This document shows, in pieces, positions 30,737 to 40,100 of a stretch of DNA of 64,000 nucleotides. Source of the stretch: Planctomycetota bacterium (GTDB lineage Bacteria > Planctomycetota > PLA2 > JAEUHO01); NCBI GenBank assembly GCA_965222115.1, contig CBDCTJ010000007.1, positions 3,006,731-3,070,730 of the forward strand, in the 5' to 3' direction. The notes under the pieces were generated by a model. The model was not told the origin of the DNA. It saw only the letters and a list, made by a program, of their open reading frames with translations, and searched no databases. The position numbers were made by a program, and so were the translations under genes. Every line of letters begins with the position of its first letter. Within the stretch, counting starts at the first letter, position 1.

Positions 30737-32756
30737 TGTCGGGTAGGCCGGGGAGGTTTCCCTCCCCAGCCCCCCTACAGATCCGGACGTGCGGGATTAC
30801 CGCATCCGGCTCCTCGCTATGTGGGTCGCCGATTAGGTGGCGCGATAGATCGAGCGCGTGACACGTGATGGTGGAATGGGGTGATGCTGTAGGAGTCGGT
30901 TGAAACGATCCCATGGCATCTTGGCGCGCTGTGAACGGCGGCACAGCCAGTACCTCCAAAGCCGTATGGCTTCCCGCCGGAAGTTGTGCAGCCGACGCGT
31001 ATTGCCAGTCACCCCGTAGTAGGCGTAATGCCCCTGGAGTTTTTGTGCCAGTTTTGTACGCTGCCAATGCACAGGTTGGTGGCGGACGGAGCGGAGCCAC
31101 TTGGACATCCGCGTCAGACCGCGGCGATACCGACTTCGTGCGGTCAACTGCCGAATCACCCAGTATCCCTTACGGGATCGACTCCATAGATGCGTAAAGC
31201 CCAACAGGTCGAACGTTTCCGAATCATGATCGGAGTCGTAGTGCCGCGGGCGTTTGAATCGCACCAAGCGAGTCTTATCTGGGTGGATGGCAAGGCCGTA
31301 CTTGTCGAAGCGCTTTGGAACGACGTCCATCACACGCCGTGCATCCGCTTCACGAGCGAATACAATCACGAAGTCATCTGCGTAACGAAAGAGATGCGCC
31401 TCCCCCTTCATGCGAGGGGCGACATCTTCTTTCCACCAGGTGTCCAACACTTCATGGAGGAAGATGTTGGCCAACACGGGGGAGATCACTCCGCCTTGCG
31501 GCGTACCAGTTCCTTTGGGATAGCTCACGCGGCCATCCTCCATGACACCTGCATTTAGCCACTTGCCAATCAATCGCAAAATCACACCATCTCGCACCCG
31601 CTTGCGAAGCACGTCCATTAGCTGCGCGTGATCGACGCTGTCGAAGAACTTGCGGATATCGGCTTCAAGCACCCACCCGCCGTTCATGTTCATCATCGAG
31701 TTACGAAGTGCAGCCAACAGATCGTGTGCCGAGCGGCCAGGCCGGAAACCGTACGAGCAGGAGTCAAAGTCCTGTTCGTAGATGGATTCCAGAATCATGG
31801 CCACCGCGCGTTGGAGGATCTTGTCCTCAAACGTCGGTATCCCCAGGGGCCGAGTCTCCCCGGGCTTGTCCTTGGGAATATGCACACGTCGCACAGGAGG
31901 TGCGCGGTAACGGTCGCCGGACTTGGCACGGTTTAGCAGGCTCTGGAGATTGCTCTCCAGGTCCTTCGCGTAATCCTGCGCCGTCTGGCGATCTATGCCC
32001 GTTGCGCCTCCTTTGCGCGTTCGCCGATGCGCTTCACGCAGTAACGTCATGTCCAGAGCGGAGTTCAACGACGTGAACGCCATCTCCGGGGATTGCTTCG
32101 CAAGCATTGCGATCCGTCGGAGTTTCGGTAACACGGGATCAAAGCTTGGGATCTCTGTCATGGTTCCCTCCTACGGAGTACACATAGCGGCGCTCCCATC
32201 CCTCCCGAGGGTCCCTTGGTGAAAGGTTCCCCCCGTTCATCGGTACTACGGAGCGCTCCGACTTCCCACCTGCGTCCAGCGCCGCTCGGGTGACTTCGCG
32301 ACGCCGTACCTTCGTTTCACACGCTTGTTTCGCACCCAACACAAGCGTGTGCCTCGTGCTGCGTATTGCTGGAAGTGTCTACGGCCCTTCCGCGCCGAGT
32401 TCTCGAAGGACAGCATGGGATCTCACAGGTTCCTGGGGAAGCCCCTTTGTGTACGTGCCCTGCTCATAGACCCCGGCGGGCCGGAGGGAGCAGACCTACA
32501 CGCTCGTCTCCGATGGTGCCTTCCGATCAAAGAACATCGTCGGCCACCGCAGTCATAAGAATTTCGAGGCTCAATCACACAGCCCGCACACACGCTTGCC
32601 TAGTGCTTCACACCCCGCAGTTACCCACAGAGCGCGCTAGGTTTGCTTCCGGCTGCTCGGTCAGCTTGGCCGGACGGGATTGGTTACCCGTTGGGCTCCA
32701 TCACAAGGTTTCGTCACGTCATGAGTTCCTCCTTGTCCAGGCTTGGCCTGTCGCAC
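30737..32756 (-). mobile_element. Group II intron, ~2.0 kb, bacterial class undetermined
   Basis: 5' end GTGCGAC is at the reverse complement of 32756. Domain V GAGCCGGATGCGGTAATCCCGCACGTCCGGATC lies at ~30778-30813 on the minus strand. A domain-VI-like GGGGAGGGAAACCTCCCC follows, and the 3' end is ...CCGAC. The ORF sits in domain IV. Flanking exons align to an uninterrupted copy at 35270-35320. Confidence 0.85.
30833..32161 (-). CDS. Group II intron reverse transcriptase/maturase
   Basis: RT motifs include YADDFVIV (the YADD box). A C-terminal maturase (domain X) region is present. 442 aa. Confidence 0.9.
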   Translation of the reverse strand: MTEIPSFDPVLPKLRRIAMLAKQSPEMAFTSLNSALDMTLLREAHRRTRKGGATGIDRQTAQDYAKDLESNLQSLLNRAKSGDRYRAPPVRRVHIPKDKPGETRPLGIPTFEDKILQRAVAMILESIYEQDFDSCSYGFRPGRSAHDLLAALRNSMMNMNGGWVLEADIRKFFDSVDHAQLMDVLRKRVRDGVILRLIGKWLNAGVMEDGRVSYPKGTGTPQGGVISPVLANIFLHEVLDTWWKEDVAPRMKGEAHLFRYADDFVIVFAREADARRVMDVVPKRFDKYGLAIHPDKTRLVRFKRPRHYDSDHDSETFDLLGFTHLWSRSRKGYWVIRQLTARSRYRRGLTRMSKWLRSVRHQPVHWQRTKLAQKLQGHYAYYGVTGNTRRLHNFRREAIRLWRYWLCRRSQRAKMPWDRFNRLLQHHPIPPSRVTRSIYRAT

Positions 32757-33010
32757 TCTTCGTGCTCTTTGTGTGCGCTCTCTTCTTCTTCCTCCTCTTT
32801 TACCGTCCCGCCACTGGCAGCTCCGCATTCGCCCAACCGCGTACAGCCGCATGCAGCTCTCTGCGCCTCTGCATCTTGGCGTCTCTGCGTGAGATTAGGA
32901 GCATGAGACCACAGCGTAGCCGCACATACTCCGGGAGCAACGCGATTCTCGCGCGCAGGGTGTTCGGCGACGGGAGATGCGAAGGATTAAGATTCAGCTT
33001 CGGATTGGAG
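32757..33010. repeat. ~255-bp direct repeat R1, serving as the 5' exon flank of the intron
   Basis: ~85-90% identical to 35298-35558. Starts exactly at the intron boundary. Confidence 0.8.
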
Positions 33011-33434
33011 ATTGTGACGCACTCCAAATTTTTCTTTAAACCGTGGAACACCCCTCCCGCGCGTCGCGTCACATACCTCCTAGCGTCCTTGACCGACGCA
33101 CCGATTTTCGAGGAAGAGATCAATCCCATGGCTCCCCAACGAACCGCAACACGTCATGCTCGATTCGCCCGAGAAGCGAATGGGGAAGTCATATGCGTGT
33201 ATCGCGAGCCCATGCGCGTCTCTTCACGAAAACGACGCGCGCAGTAACCGACGTAGCTGCGCGTTCGAAATCCCTCGCCCTCCATCTCTCTTCTTCAACG
33301 TGAATGCGATTGCATTCACTCCCACTCTCAAACTACAGGCAAGCTCGTTGGCCGGCGGTGTACCCGGATTCGCGTAGGCGTTTTTCCGGGGCATTCCCAA
33401 CCGGATTTCGACCGCGTGTGTGCCTGTTGGCTCG

Positions 33435-33504
33435 GACAGCTTAGCTCAGAGGCAGAGCGCCCGCAGTGTGCGGGAGGCCACGGGTTCGACTCCCGTAGTT
33501 GTCT
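33435..33504 (+). tRNA. tRNA-like element 1, non-canonical and probably defective
   Basis: Acceptor GACAGCT/AGTTGTC, D-arm GCTC...GAGC and T-arm ACGGG-TTCGACT-CCCGT are present. The anticodon arm is a 5-bp stem (CCCGC/GCGGG) with only a 5-nt loop (AGTGT). No CCA. Confidence 0.35.
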
Positions 33505-33505
33505 G

Positions 33506-33578
33506 CCGTGACTAGCTCAATTGGTAGAGCACAAGACTATGGATCTTGAGGTTTCGGGTTCGATTCCCGAGTCTTTTC
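33506..33578 (+). tRNA. tRNA-like element 2, non-canonical and probably defective
   Basis: D-arm TAGCTCAATTGGTAGAGC, anticodon arm CAAGA-CTATGGA-TCTTG and T-arm TCGGG-TTCGATT-CCCGA are perfect. The acceptor strands (CCGTGAC vs GTCTTTT) pair at only 3 of 7 positions. The anticodon would read ATG. It begins 2 nt after element 1. Confidence 0.35.
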
Positions 33579-33945
33579 TCCCCCCAAGCGGCATGAAAAC
33601 CCGCATACCACCGCGAATCGTCACTCGCGACCCGTACGGCTCGCTGCATTTCGCAGCACCGCGGCTTGCGCTCGAATAAGCGAACCTCGCTTCGATGTTT
33701 CGCTCGTACCCGCGAACTCCATCACGCGCCTTGCCCAGTGGAAGGCACGTGCCCGATGTCGCGCACGCGAGTGAATACGCATTGCGACTCGCTTGTTCCG
33801 CGTAACCGCGGCGCCGTACGGCCAATCGCTTTTGGTGATTCGCACTTTTTGCGTGCGTCCAGGTGTCTCAGGACATGGACACACGACCAGGTTGCTTCGC
33901 ATGAAAGCAACACCAATCCTTGGCTGAAACCAAGAGGAGACCATC

Positions 33946-35085
33946 ATGAAGCGTACTATTCACATCAAGCCGACCGAATGCGGCCTTGTCTTCAAGCACG
34001 GCGCACTTATGCGCGTTCTTGGCCCGGGGTCCCACCTGAATCCGTTGTTTCCGAAGCTCCGCGGCATTGAGATTGACGTGATTGACACGCTTGCGTGCAA
34101 GTTCGAACACAAGTGGCTCGACATGCTCATTCGGGAATTGGCATTGAAGCCCATGCTCCACGTGCTTGACCTCGGCGACAGCGAACGTGCCGTCGTGTTC
34201 AAGGACAAGCGGGCACGGTGGATTCTTGGCCCCGGTCGTCACGCGTTCTGGAAGGAACCGTACACGATCACAACCGAGACATTCAACGTAGACGAGAATC
34301 CGCGCCTTGAACACCCGGCACTCGATGCAATTCTGAAGCTTCCGGAAGCCCAGACGCTGCTTCAGGGGATCGATGTGTCTCCACACGAAGAGGTGATTCT
34401 CTACCGGAACGCAATAAAGATCGCGCAAGTACGGCAGGGCCGGTACGTCATGTGGCGCACGGGTCGGCCGCTCGTTGTGCGCGACGTGGATCTGCGTGAG
34501 CAGGTGGCCGATGTGTCGGGTCAGGAAATCATGACGCGAGACAAGGTCACGTTGCGAGTCAACTTGGTCGTGACGTCGCGGGTTGTGGATGCGCTCAAGG
34601 CGGTTTCGATCGTCAAGGATTGGGCGCAAACGCTCTACCGCGACGCGCAGTTGGCCCTGCGAGAAGCCGTTGGCGTTCGAACGCTCGACCAGTTGTTGTC
34701 CGACAAGGACAGTGTGGGTGCTGAGATTCGAAGCGCACTGAGCAAGCGCGCGGCGTCCTTTGGCGTTGAGATCCGAGGCGTGGGTCTTCGCGACATCATC
34801 CTACCGGGTGATATGAAGACGATCCTCAACCAGGTCATCGCCGCCAAGAAGCAGGCCGAAGCCAATGTGATCAAGCGTCGGGAAGAAACGGCCGCGGCAC
34901 GTAGCCAGGCCAACACAGCCAAGCTATTGGCCGAGAACCCAACGCTCATGCGCATCAAGGAACTGGAAATGCTCCAGGACGTGCTTGCCGGCGCCGACGT
35001 GCGTTTCGTCTTGGGTCAGGGCAACTTGACCGATCAAGTACGTTCACTCGCCAGCGGCGACGCAAACACGTCTACTAACGCATAA
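33946..35085 (+). CDS. SPFH/band-7 (stomatin/prohibitin-like) domain protein
   Basis: SPFH core (…TRDKVTLRVNLVVTSRVVDALKAV…) followed by a coiled-coil AAKKQAEANVIKRREETAAARSQANTAKLL. Preceded by a ~370-nt leader. Confidence 0.75.
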   Translation: MKRTIHIKPTECGLVFKHGALMRVLGPGSHLNPLFPKLRGIEIDVIDTLACKFEHKWLDMLIRELALKPMLHVLDLGDSERAVVFKDKRARWILGPGRHAFWKEPYTITTETFNVDENPRLEHPALDAILKLPEAQTLLQGIDVSPHEEVILYRNAIKIAQVRQGRYVMWRTGRPLVVRDVDLREQVADVSGQEIMTRDKVTLRVNLVVTSRVVDALKAVSIVKDWAQTLYRDAQLALREAVGVRTLDQLLSDKDSVGAEIRSALSKRAASFGVEIRGVGLRDIILPGDMKTILNQVIAAKKQAEANVIKRREETAAARSQANTAKLLAENPTLMRIKELEMLQDVLAGADVRFVLGQGNLTDQVRSLASGDANTSTNA

Positions 35086-35088
35086 CCA

Positions 35089-35128
35089 CGACGCCGCGAG
35101 TCTCACGATTCGCGGCGTCGTCTTCTCC
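35089..35128 (+). terminator. Rho-independent terminator of the SPFH gene
   Basis: Perfect 11-bp stem CGACGCCGCGA / TCGCGGCGTCG with a 10-nt loop, followed by TCTTCTCC. Starts 4 nt after the stop. Confidence 0.6.
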
Positions 35129-35297
35129 ACCCGAATCCGTATCCGTATCCGAACCTGAACCTGCCACTGAATCATTCGCCCGAACTGACTTCTGATCTCC
35201 ACGCTGCACCCTTGGGCTTTACATGCGCCGCCGTTGGCGTTGTTTTTCAATCGGTCGAAACTTCTCTGGTACCGCGCCCCAACGCTTGCGCTTTGAT

Positions 35298-35558
35298 TCT
35301 TCGTGCTCCTTGTGTGCGCTCTCTTCTTCTTCGTCTCCTTCTACCGTCCCGCCACCGACAGCTCCGCATTCGCCCAACCGCGTACCGCCACATGCAGCTC
35401 TCTGCGCCTCTGCATCTTGGCGCCTCTCCGCGTGAAATGAGGAGCATGCGACCACGGTGTAGACGCACACACTTCACGAACAGCGTAACTCTCGCACGCC
35501 ACGTGTTCGGTGAGGGGTAAGGCGAAGGATTCAGATTAAGATTCAGCTTTGGTTGGGG
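35298..35558. repeat. ~255-bp direct repeat R2, an uninterrupted copy of the intron target
   Basis: Aligns to R1. Its upstream 23 nt (CCCCAACGCTTGCGCTTTGAT) align to the intron 3' exon flank at 30714-30736. Confidence 0.8.
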
Positions 35559-35591
35559 AAAGGTGAATCGGATTAGGGCAGCGGGTTCGAG

Positions 35592-37085
35592 CTACAACCC
35601 CTCGCGAATCGCCCGCAGTTGCGACGGCATATCCCCTAACGCAAAGCGACGCAGCAACGACTTGATACGCGAACGCGCCTTATGCTTATCCTTGCTGGCC
35701 ACGATCTCATTGAGCACTTCAAGTTCGCGCTTGAAGTCGGACTGCGCCTCCATCTCGACAGACTGCATCCGCGTGTCCACCAATGACTTGAGATCTTTCC
35801 ATTTCTCTTCCGTCATGATCAATCGATGGATTTCCTTGTGCCGCGTCAATCGCAAAGCAGCCCTGCCGTAGTTCCCGCTAGAAATCCACTGATCCAGATC
35901 GCCGCCGATTTCTGAAAACACCGCGCCGGCCTTGAGCGTGTCGTCTGCGTTTTCACGCAAGAGGTCGCGGTAGTGTTTGTACTCCACCTGATCGCCGTGG
36001 AGTAACGCCTGTACCGTCCGCGTATCCCAGTACTTCTTCATGAAGTTCTGCAATCGGTCCACGATTTCGCTGTTGGGCAAGGCATGTTTGGGCGTGACTT
36101 TGGGCGTAACGGACTTTCGAAATATCTCGTAGTCGTAATATTTGTAGGCTTCATCGTTGCGTTTGAGCGCCTGACGCCCCTGCAGCGTTCCCTTCCACTC
36201 CATCACAGCCGCTTCAAGGCGTGAGTAGCTCTCGCCACCCTCCTGGCCATTGACTTCGGCATAGCGAATGGCGTCTTCAATCTTGTTCTCGTCAACGAGC
36301 TTCTCGCCTTTGCTCAACACCTTTTGGTTGTGGTTCATCCCACCCCCGGCCAGCATGAACATGAGGGGAATAAACGCAGCAGCACCGAGCACAATGGCGG
36401 GAATGACCCAACTGGGCTTCTTCTTGCCGCGGTCGTACCGTGAGCGGCGATCGTCTTCGTAGCCGTCATCATCGTAGTCATCGCGTGGGCGCCTGCGACG
36501 ACTTGAAACGACAGGCGCCGCGCGACTCGTCGCTGTTCGATTTGATGGAGCACGTGTCGATGGCGCCCTGGACGAAGGTGCTCGCGCGGGAGCTCGCGCC
36601 GACGGTGCCGTAGTTTGAATCACCTCTTCTTCAAGTACCTCGGGAACCGCGACGCCAATTTCTTCGATGACGTCCTCCACCATGTCATCGACATCTTCTA
36701 GTGCGAGTACGGGTGGCCCGCCAGGTGCCCCCTCGGCAGCAAACCGAAGTGTGCTCGAACCCACAGTGAGCGCGTCACCCTCCGAGAGCCAGTGCTGATT
36801 TCGGAGTTCGCCATTTACGACAACGCCATTGCGGCTTTCCAGATCAACGAGTTTCCAATGGCCCTGAATGTTTCGTATGGCCGCGTGGAACTTACTCGTG
36901 GCTGAGTCGTGAAGTTGGACCTCATTGGATGCACCGCGTCCAATGGTCACTTCGGTTTCAAAAATTTCGTAAACGGACTGATTCCCGTTTTCGTTGATGA
37001 GCAACTTGGGCACGTGGTCTCCTCGCTTGCGTAGCGACCGCACGCCAATGGTACCGATGAAGTGGCCGCCTTGCATCCATCGCAC
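35592..37085 (-). CDS. FHA-domain protein with Ser/Arg/Ala/Pro-rich linker, a TM segment and a C-terminal domain of unknown function
   Basis: N-terminal FHA motifs (TIGRG...NEVQL.D..SKFHAAI...W.L.DL.SRNGVVVNG). Low-complexity region APSARAPARAPSSRAPSTRAPS. Hydrophobic segment VIPAIVLGAAAFIPLMFMLAGG. Confidence 0.7.
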   Translation of the reverse strand: MRWMQGGHFIGTIGVRSLRKRGDHVPKLLINENGNQSVYEIFETEVTIGRGASNEVQLHDSATSKFHAAIRNIQGHWKLVDLESRNGVVVNGELRNQHWLSEGDALTVGSSTLRFAAEGAPGGPPVLALEDVDDMVEDVIEEIGVAVPEVLEEEVIQTTAPSARAPARAPSSRAPSTRAPSNRTATSRAAPVVSSRRRRPRDDYDDDGYEDDRRSRYDRGKKKPSWVIPAIVLGAAAFIPLMFMLAGGGMNHNQKVLSKGEKLVDENKIEDAIRYAEVNGQEGGESYSRLEAAVMEWKGTLQGRQALKRNDEAYKYYDYEIFRKSVTPKVTPKHALPNSEIVDRLQNFMKKYWDTRTVQALLHGDQVEYKHYRDLLRENADDTLKAGAVFSEIGGDLDQWISSGNYGRAALRLTRHKEIHRLIMTEEKWKDLKSLVDTRMQSVEMEAQSDFKRELEVLNEIVASKDKHKARSRIKSLLRRFALGDMPSQLRAIREGL

Positions 37086-37109
37086 CGCCAGAGCGCCGCT
37101 ACGCGCGGA

Positions 37110-40100
37110 CTATCTCGCGATGGCGCCCGTTACCGGCCCCAGATCCTTGGTCGTGGGCTGAATCACACGACGGTTGCCCCCGCCATAGCCGAAGTTCTGA
37201 GTGAAATTGCGACCCGCCACGCCGGATCCGAGATCCGTCCAGTCCGTCAGAATGTTGCGATGGTGGCCCGACGATTGGCACCACATATCGTGTGCTTGCT
37301 GAGGATTGGGAGACTGCGCAATATTCTCCGATCCGCCGTTCGGGTACCCGGCGCGACCCATACGCGTAAAGGGATCCACGCTTCCCTCGCCGGTCTCGGG
37401 GTTGGGTTTGGAATGGTGTGAAAAGTAGCCGCGGCGGGTCATGTCAATGCTGTGATCGCGCGCCGCTTTCACCAGCCGATTGTCGATGCGCACGGCGACC
37501 AATGGCGTCAAGTCTTCGACGTGTCCGTCATCCAGAATCTTGACTACGCTCTTGTCATCGATCGCGCTGACGTCGGCCCCTCCCGGCAGTACTTTGGCAG
37601 CAAATCCCATCATCATGCGATAGCGATTGGTGATTGCGACCTGCTGGCGCTCGGGCACGGTGGCGACCTCGTCGCGAGCGGGATTGTACTTTGTCATCAC
37701 CCAATGGCTGTACTCACGCATTGCCCGCTCTTTGGCGGAGTAGAAATACGAACGCACCGTAATCGGTCGCTCGGTTACGTAAACAGAATATGGGGCCATG
37801 GACTTCTTGAGTTTCTTGGTCGATTGACCCAAGGACTCATACTCGGTGAGCGTCGCATCCCACTGATCCATTATCTTCTTGACGCGCCCTTTACGCTTGA
37901 TCGTTACCGACAAATTGGTGTTCCAAATGTTGCGCACAAGATCCACACGGCGATTGATCTCGCGCTGAACTGCTTGATACGTCACAGAAGACTTGTTGGC
38001 CGGATAGGGGTAGTGTTTTTCGTTGAAAATCGCAAGCAAGGCATAGCGACGGGCCTTGTCGAGTCTTTCGCGAAGGTCGCGTACTTTCGACAACTTTCGA
38101 AACGCGGGAATATTGCCCATCCTGTCTACAAGTTCTGCGGCAACGTGACGAAGTTCGGCAATGCGCTCCTGCCTCAATACTTCCTTGTGCCCCGCACGGT
38201 CGAGCAGTTCGTCCTTGTAGAGTATGTAGCCTCCCTCGGGAACGGTGTGTTGCCCGTAGATATGACGCGCCACGAGCGCATTGGCCGCCGATAGGTCACG
38301 CTTTCCCTTATAGAGCGGCTTCAACGCCCTGACCACACCCCCGGAACGACCCAGTTCCGCAGCCAACGTAGCCACAGCAAGCACCGTGTCTGTGTCCGAT
38401 GCCTTCACGTGCAAGACAGTGAAGAGATCATCGTCCTCAAGTTCCCCGAAACGCATCGCTTTAGACTCACCCTTGCCGATGGTCAACGTGATTCCGTCTT
38501 GCGTAGCGCGCACAATGCGGGCCTTACCCATACTTAGTGTCTTTGGTAGCGGTGAATCGGGCGTGACGCGCTGTGCCAATCGGTCTGCGAGTGATATGAG
38601 TCGATCGGCGTCGGCCATTCGGGCCTTCCATTCCGTCTTAAGCAATCCTTCCCCCGTCTTATCTACCAAGACTGCAAGCGCGGCTCGCGCGGAGCCCCAT
38701 TTCCGTTCCCGCATCAATCCTTCGGCCTTCATGGACTCACGAAGAATCGCTTCATCTTCGGGCGATGGTCGCATGGGATCGGATGTTGAACCGCCCGATG
38801 CCGAGGGATCGCGTGTCGCGGGATCGCGCGCGGAACCAGGCTCCGACGACGTTGTCCCTCCCGGTTGTGACGGCGTGGCGCTAGCAGGCTTCGACGCAAC
38901 CGGTGGTCTGAACGTCCGTAGTCGCATAACTGCTAAGGCGTTCATGCGCGAAGCGATATCTTCTTCGTGAGCCGATCCAACCAGCGCGCGCCACGCCGAT
39001 GCCAAGTGGCTTGCCTTTTGAGCGGTTGACTTTGCCTTAGCCGCCGCTGCCAACGCGCCTGTATGCGCCGCATCGACGGCCTTGCCGGCACGACGAGTGA
39101 GTTCGCGCAGCGACGCCTGTGCCTCCTCTGGCAGTCCTGGACGGTTCGACGAGAATGACGTTGTTAGCGCCAACGCGCGACCGGGCATCCCCCTGTTCAA
39201 TAACGCAGTTACGCGACTCGTCAGCAGTTTCAATGCGTCGTGGTCACCGCGATCGCGCCTTGACGTGAGGTCGCGCAACATGTGATTCACACGTTTTTGC
39301 AGCACGTCGTAGTCGGATCGCGCTGCGAGTTGGTAGAGCTCGTCTCGTTGATCAACGCTTGCCGAGTTGCCAATGTGTCGTGCCAAGCGATCGGCCTCAT
39401 CGAGCCATGTGCGATGCTCTTGTTCACGCTTGGTCAACTCGTCACGTGCTTTGGCGAGCGCGAGATTTGCAGGACTCTCCGGATACTTGGCACGAAAATC
39501 AGCTACACGCTTGGCAAAGCCCTGCGCGTCACCCTGCGCCACGGTTTCCATGACACGGCGACTTTCACGCTCAGCCTCGGCGCGCTTCTGCTCGACTTGC
39601 GCCTTGTTTCCCAAAAAGTGATTGACGCCAAAAAGCGCACCGAGCCCCACCAGTACGACGACGGCCGCCCGCATGACGGCCTCGCGATCGCGCCGACCCC
39701 ACGTACCGGAACGCGAGGGCCGAGACGACGTAGGGCGTTCCTCATGGGGTGCATTGACACGAGGTGAAGGGGCGGAGGGTGCAGATCTGGTTTCAACGAC
39801 GAATGCGGATCCGGCGGGACCCAGATCAACCATGTCCAGTGTGCCAGACACCAAAGGCACATCGTTGCCAACCGCCGGCGGCGCGCCGCGCAGGCGAATC
39901 GTTGTTTCCCCAATACGAAGCTCATCACCGGGGTAGCAGAGCTTGCGAGCGATACGCTGGTCGCCAAACCATGTGCCATTGCTGGAACCCAACTCTTCAA
40001 CTATCACGCCACCCGCCAACGCGTCTCCGGCGGGTGGACAGGTGATCTTGAGGTGCCGTCGCGAAGCCATCTTCTCAATCAGTTGGACTTCGCAATCATC

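Noticed and set aside
30624-30740. Integron attC-site interpretation of the intron target and short repeats
   Set aside because: No RYYYAAC/GTTRRRY core pair could be fitted. No integron integrase gene is nearby. The repeats are not arranged as a cassette array.
30737-32756. Retron or standalone reverse transcriptase defence module
   Set aside because: The RT ORF is flanked by canonical group II intron structures (GTGCG 5' end, domain V and VI) and carries a maturase domain. There is no msr/msd-like structure or effector gene.
32325-33303. ORFs 32366..33247(+), 32643..32906(+), 32661..32852(-), 32800..33129(-), 33043..33303(+)
   Set aside because: They lie inside intron domains I-III, the 255-bp repeat and the junk downstream of it. 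They contain low-complexity Ser/Arg runs and have no RBS or domain. Equivalent frames in repeat R2 differ.
35219-35477. ORFs 35212..35520(+), 35219..35470(-), 35223..35435(+), 35247..35477(-) within repeat R2
   Set aside because: The same repeat unit is present in R1 with mostly non-synonymous differences. The mutually overlapping frames are typical of GC-rich non-coding DNA.
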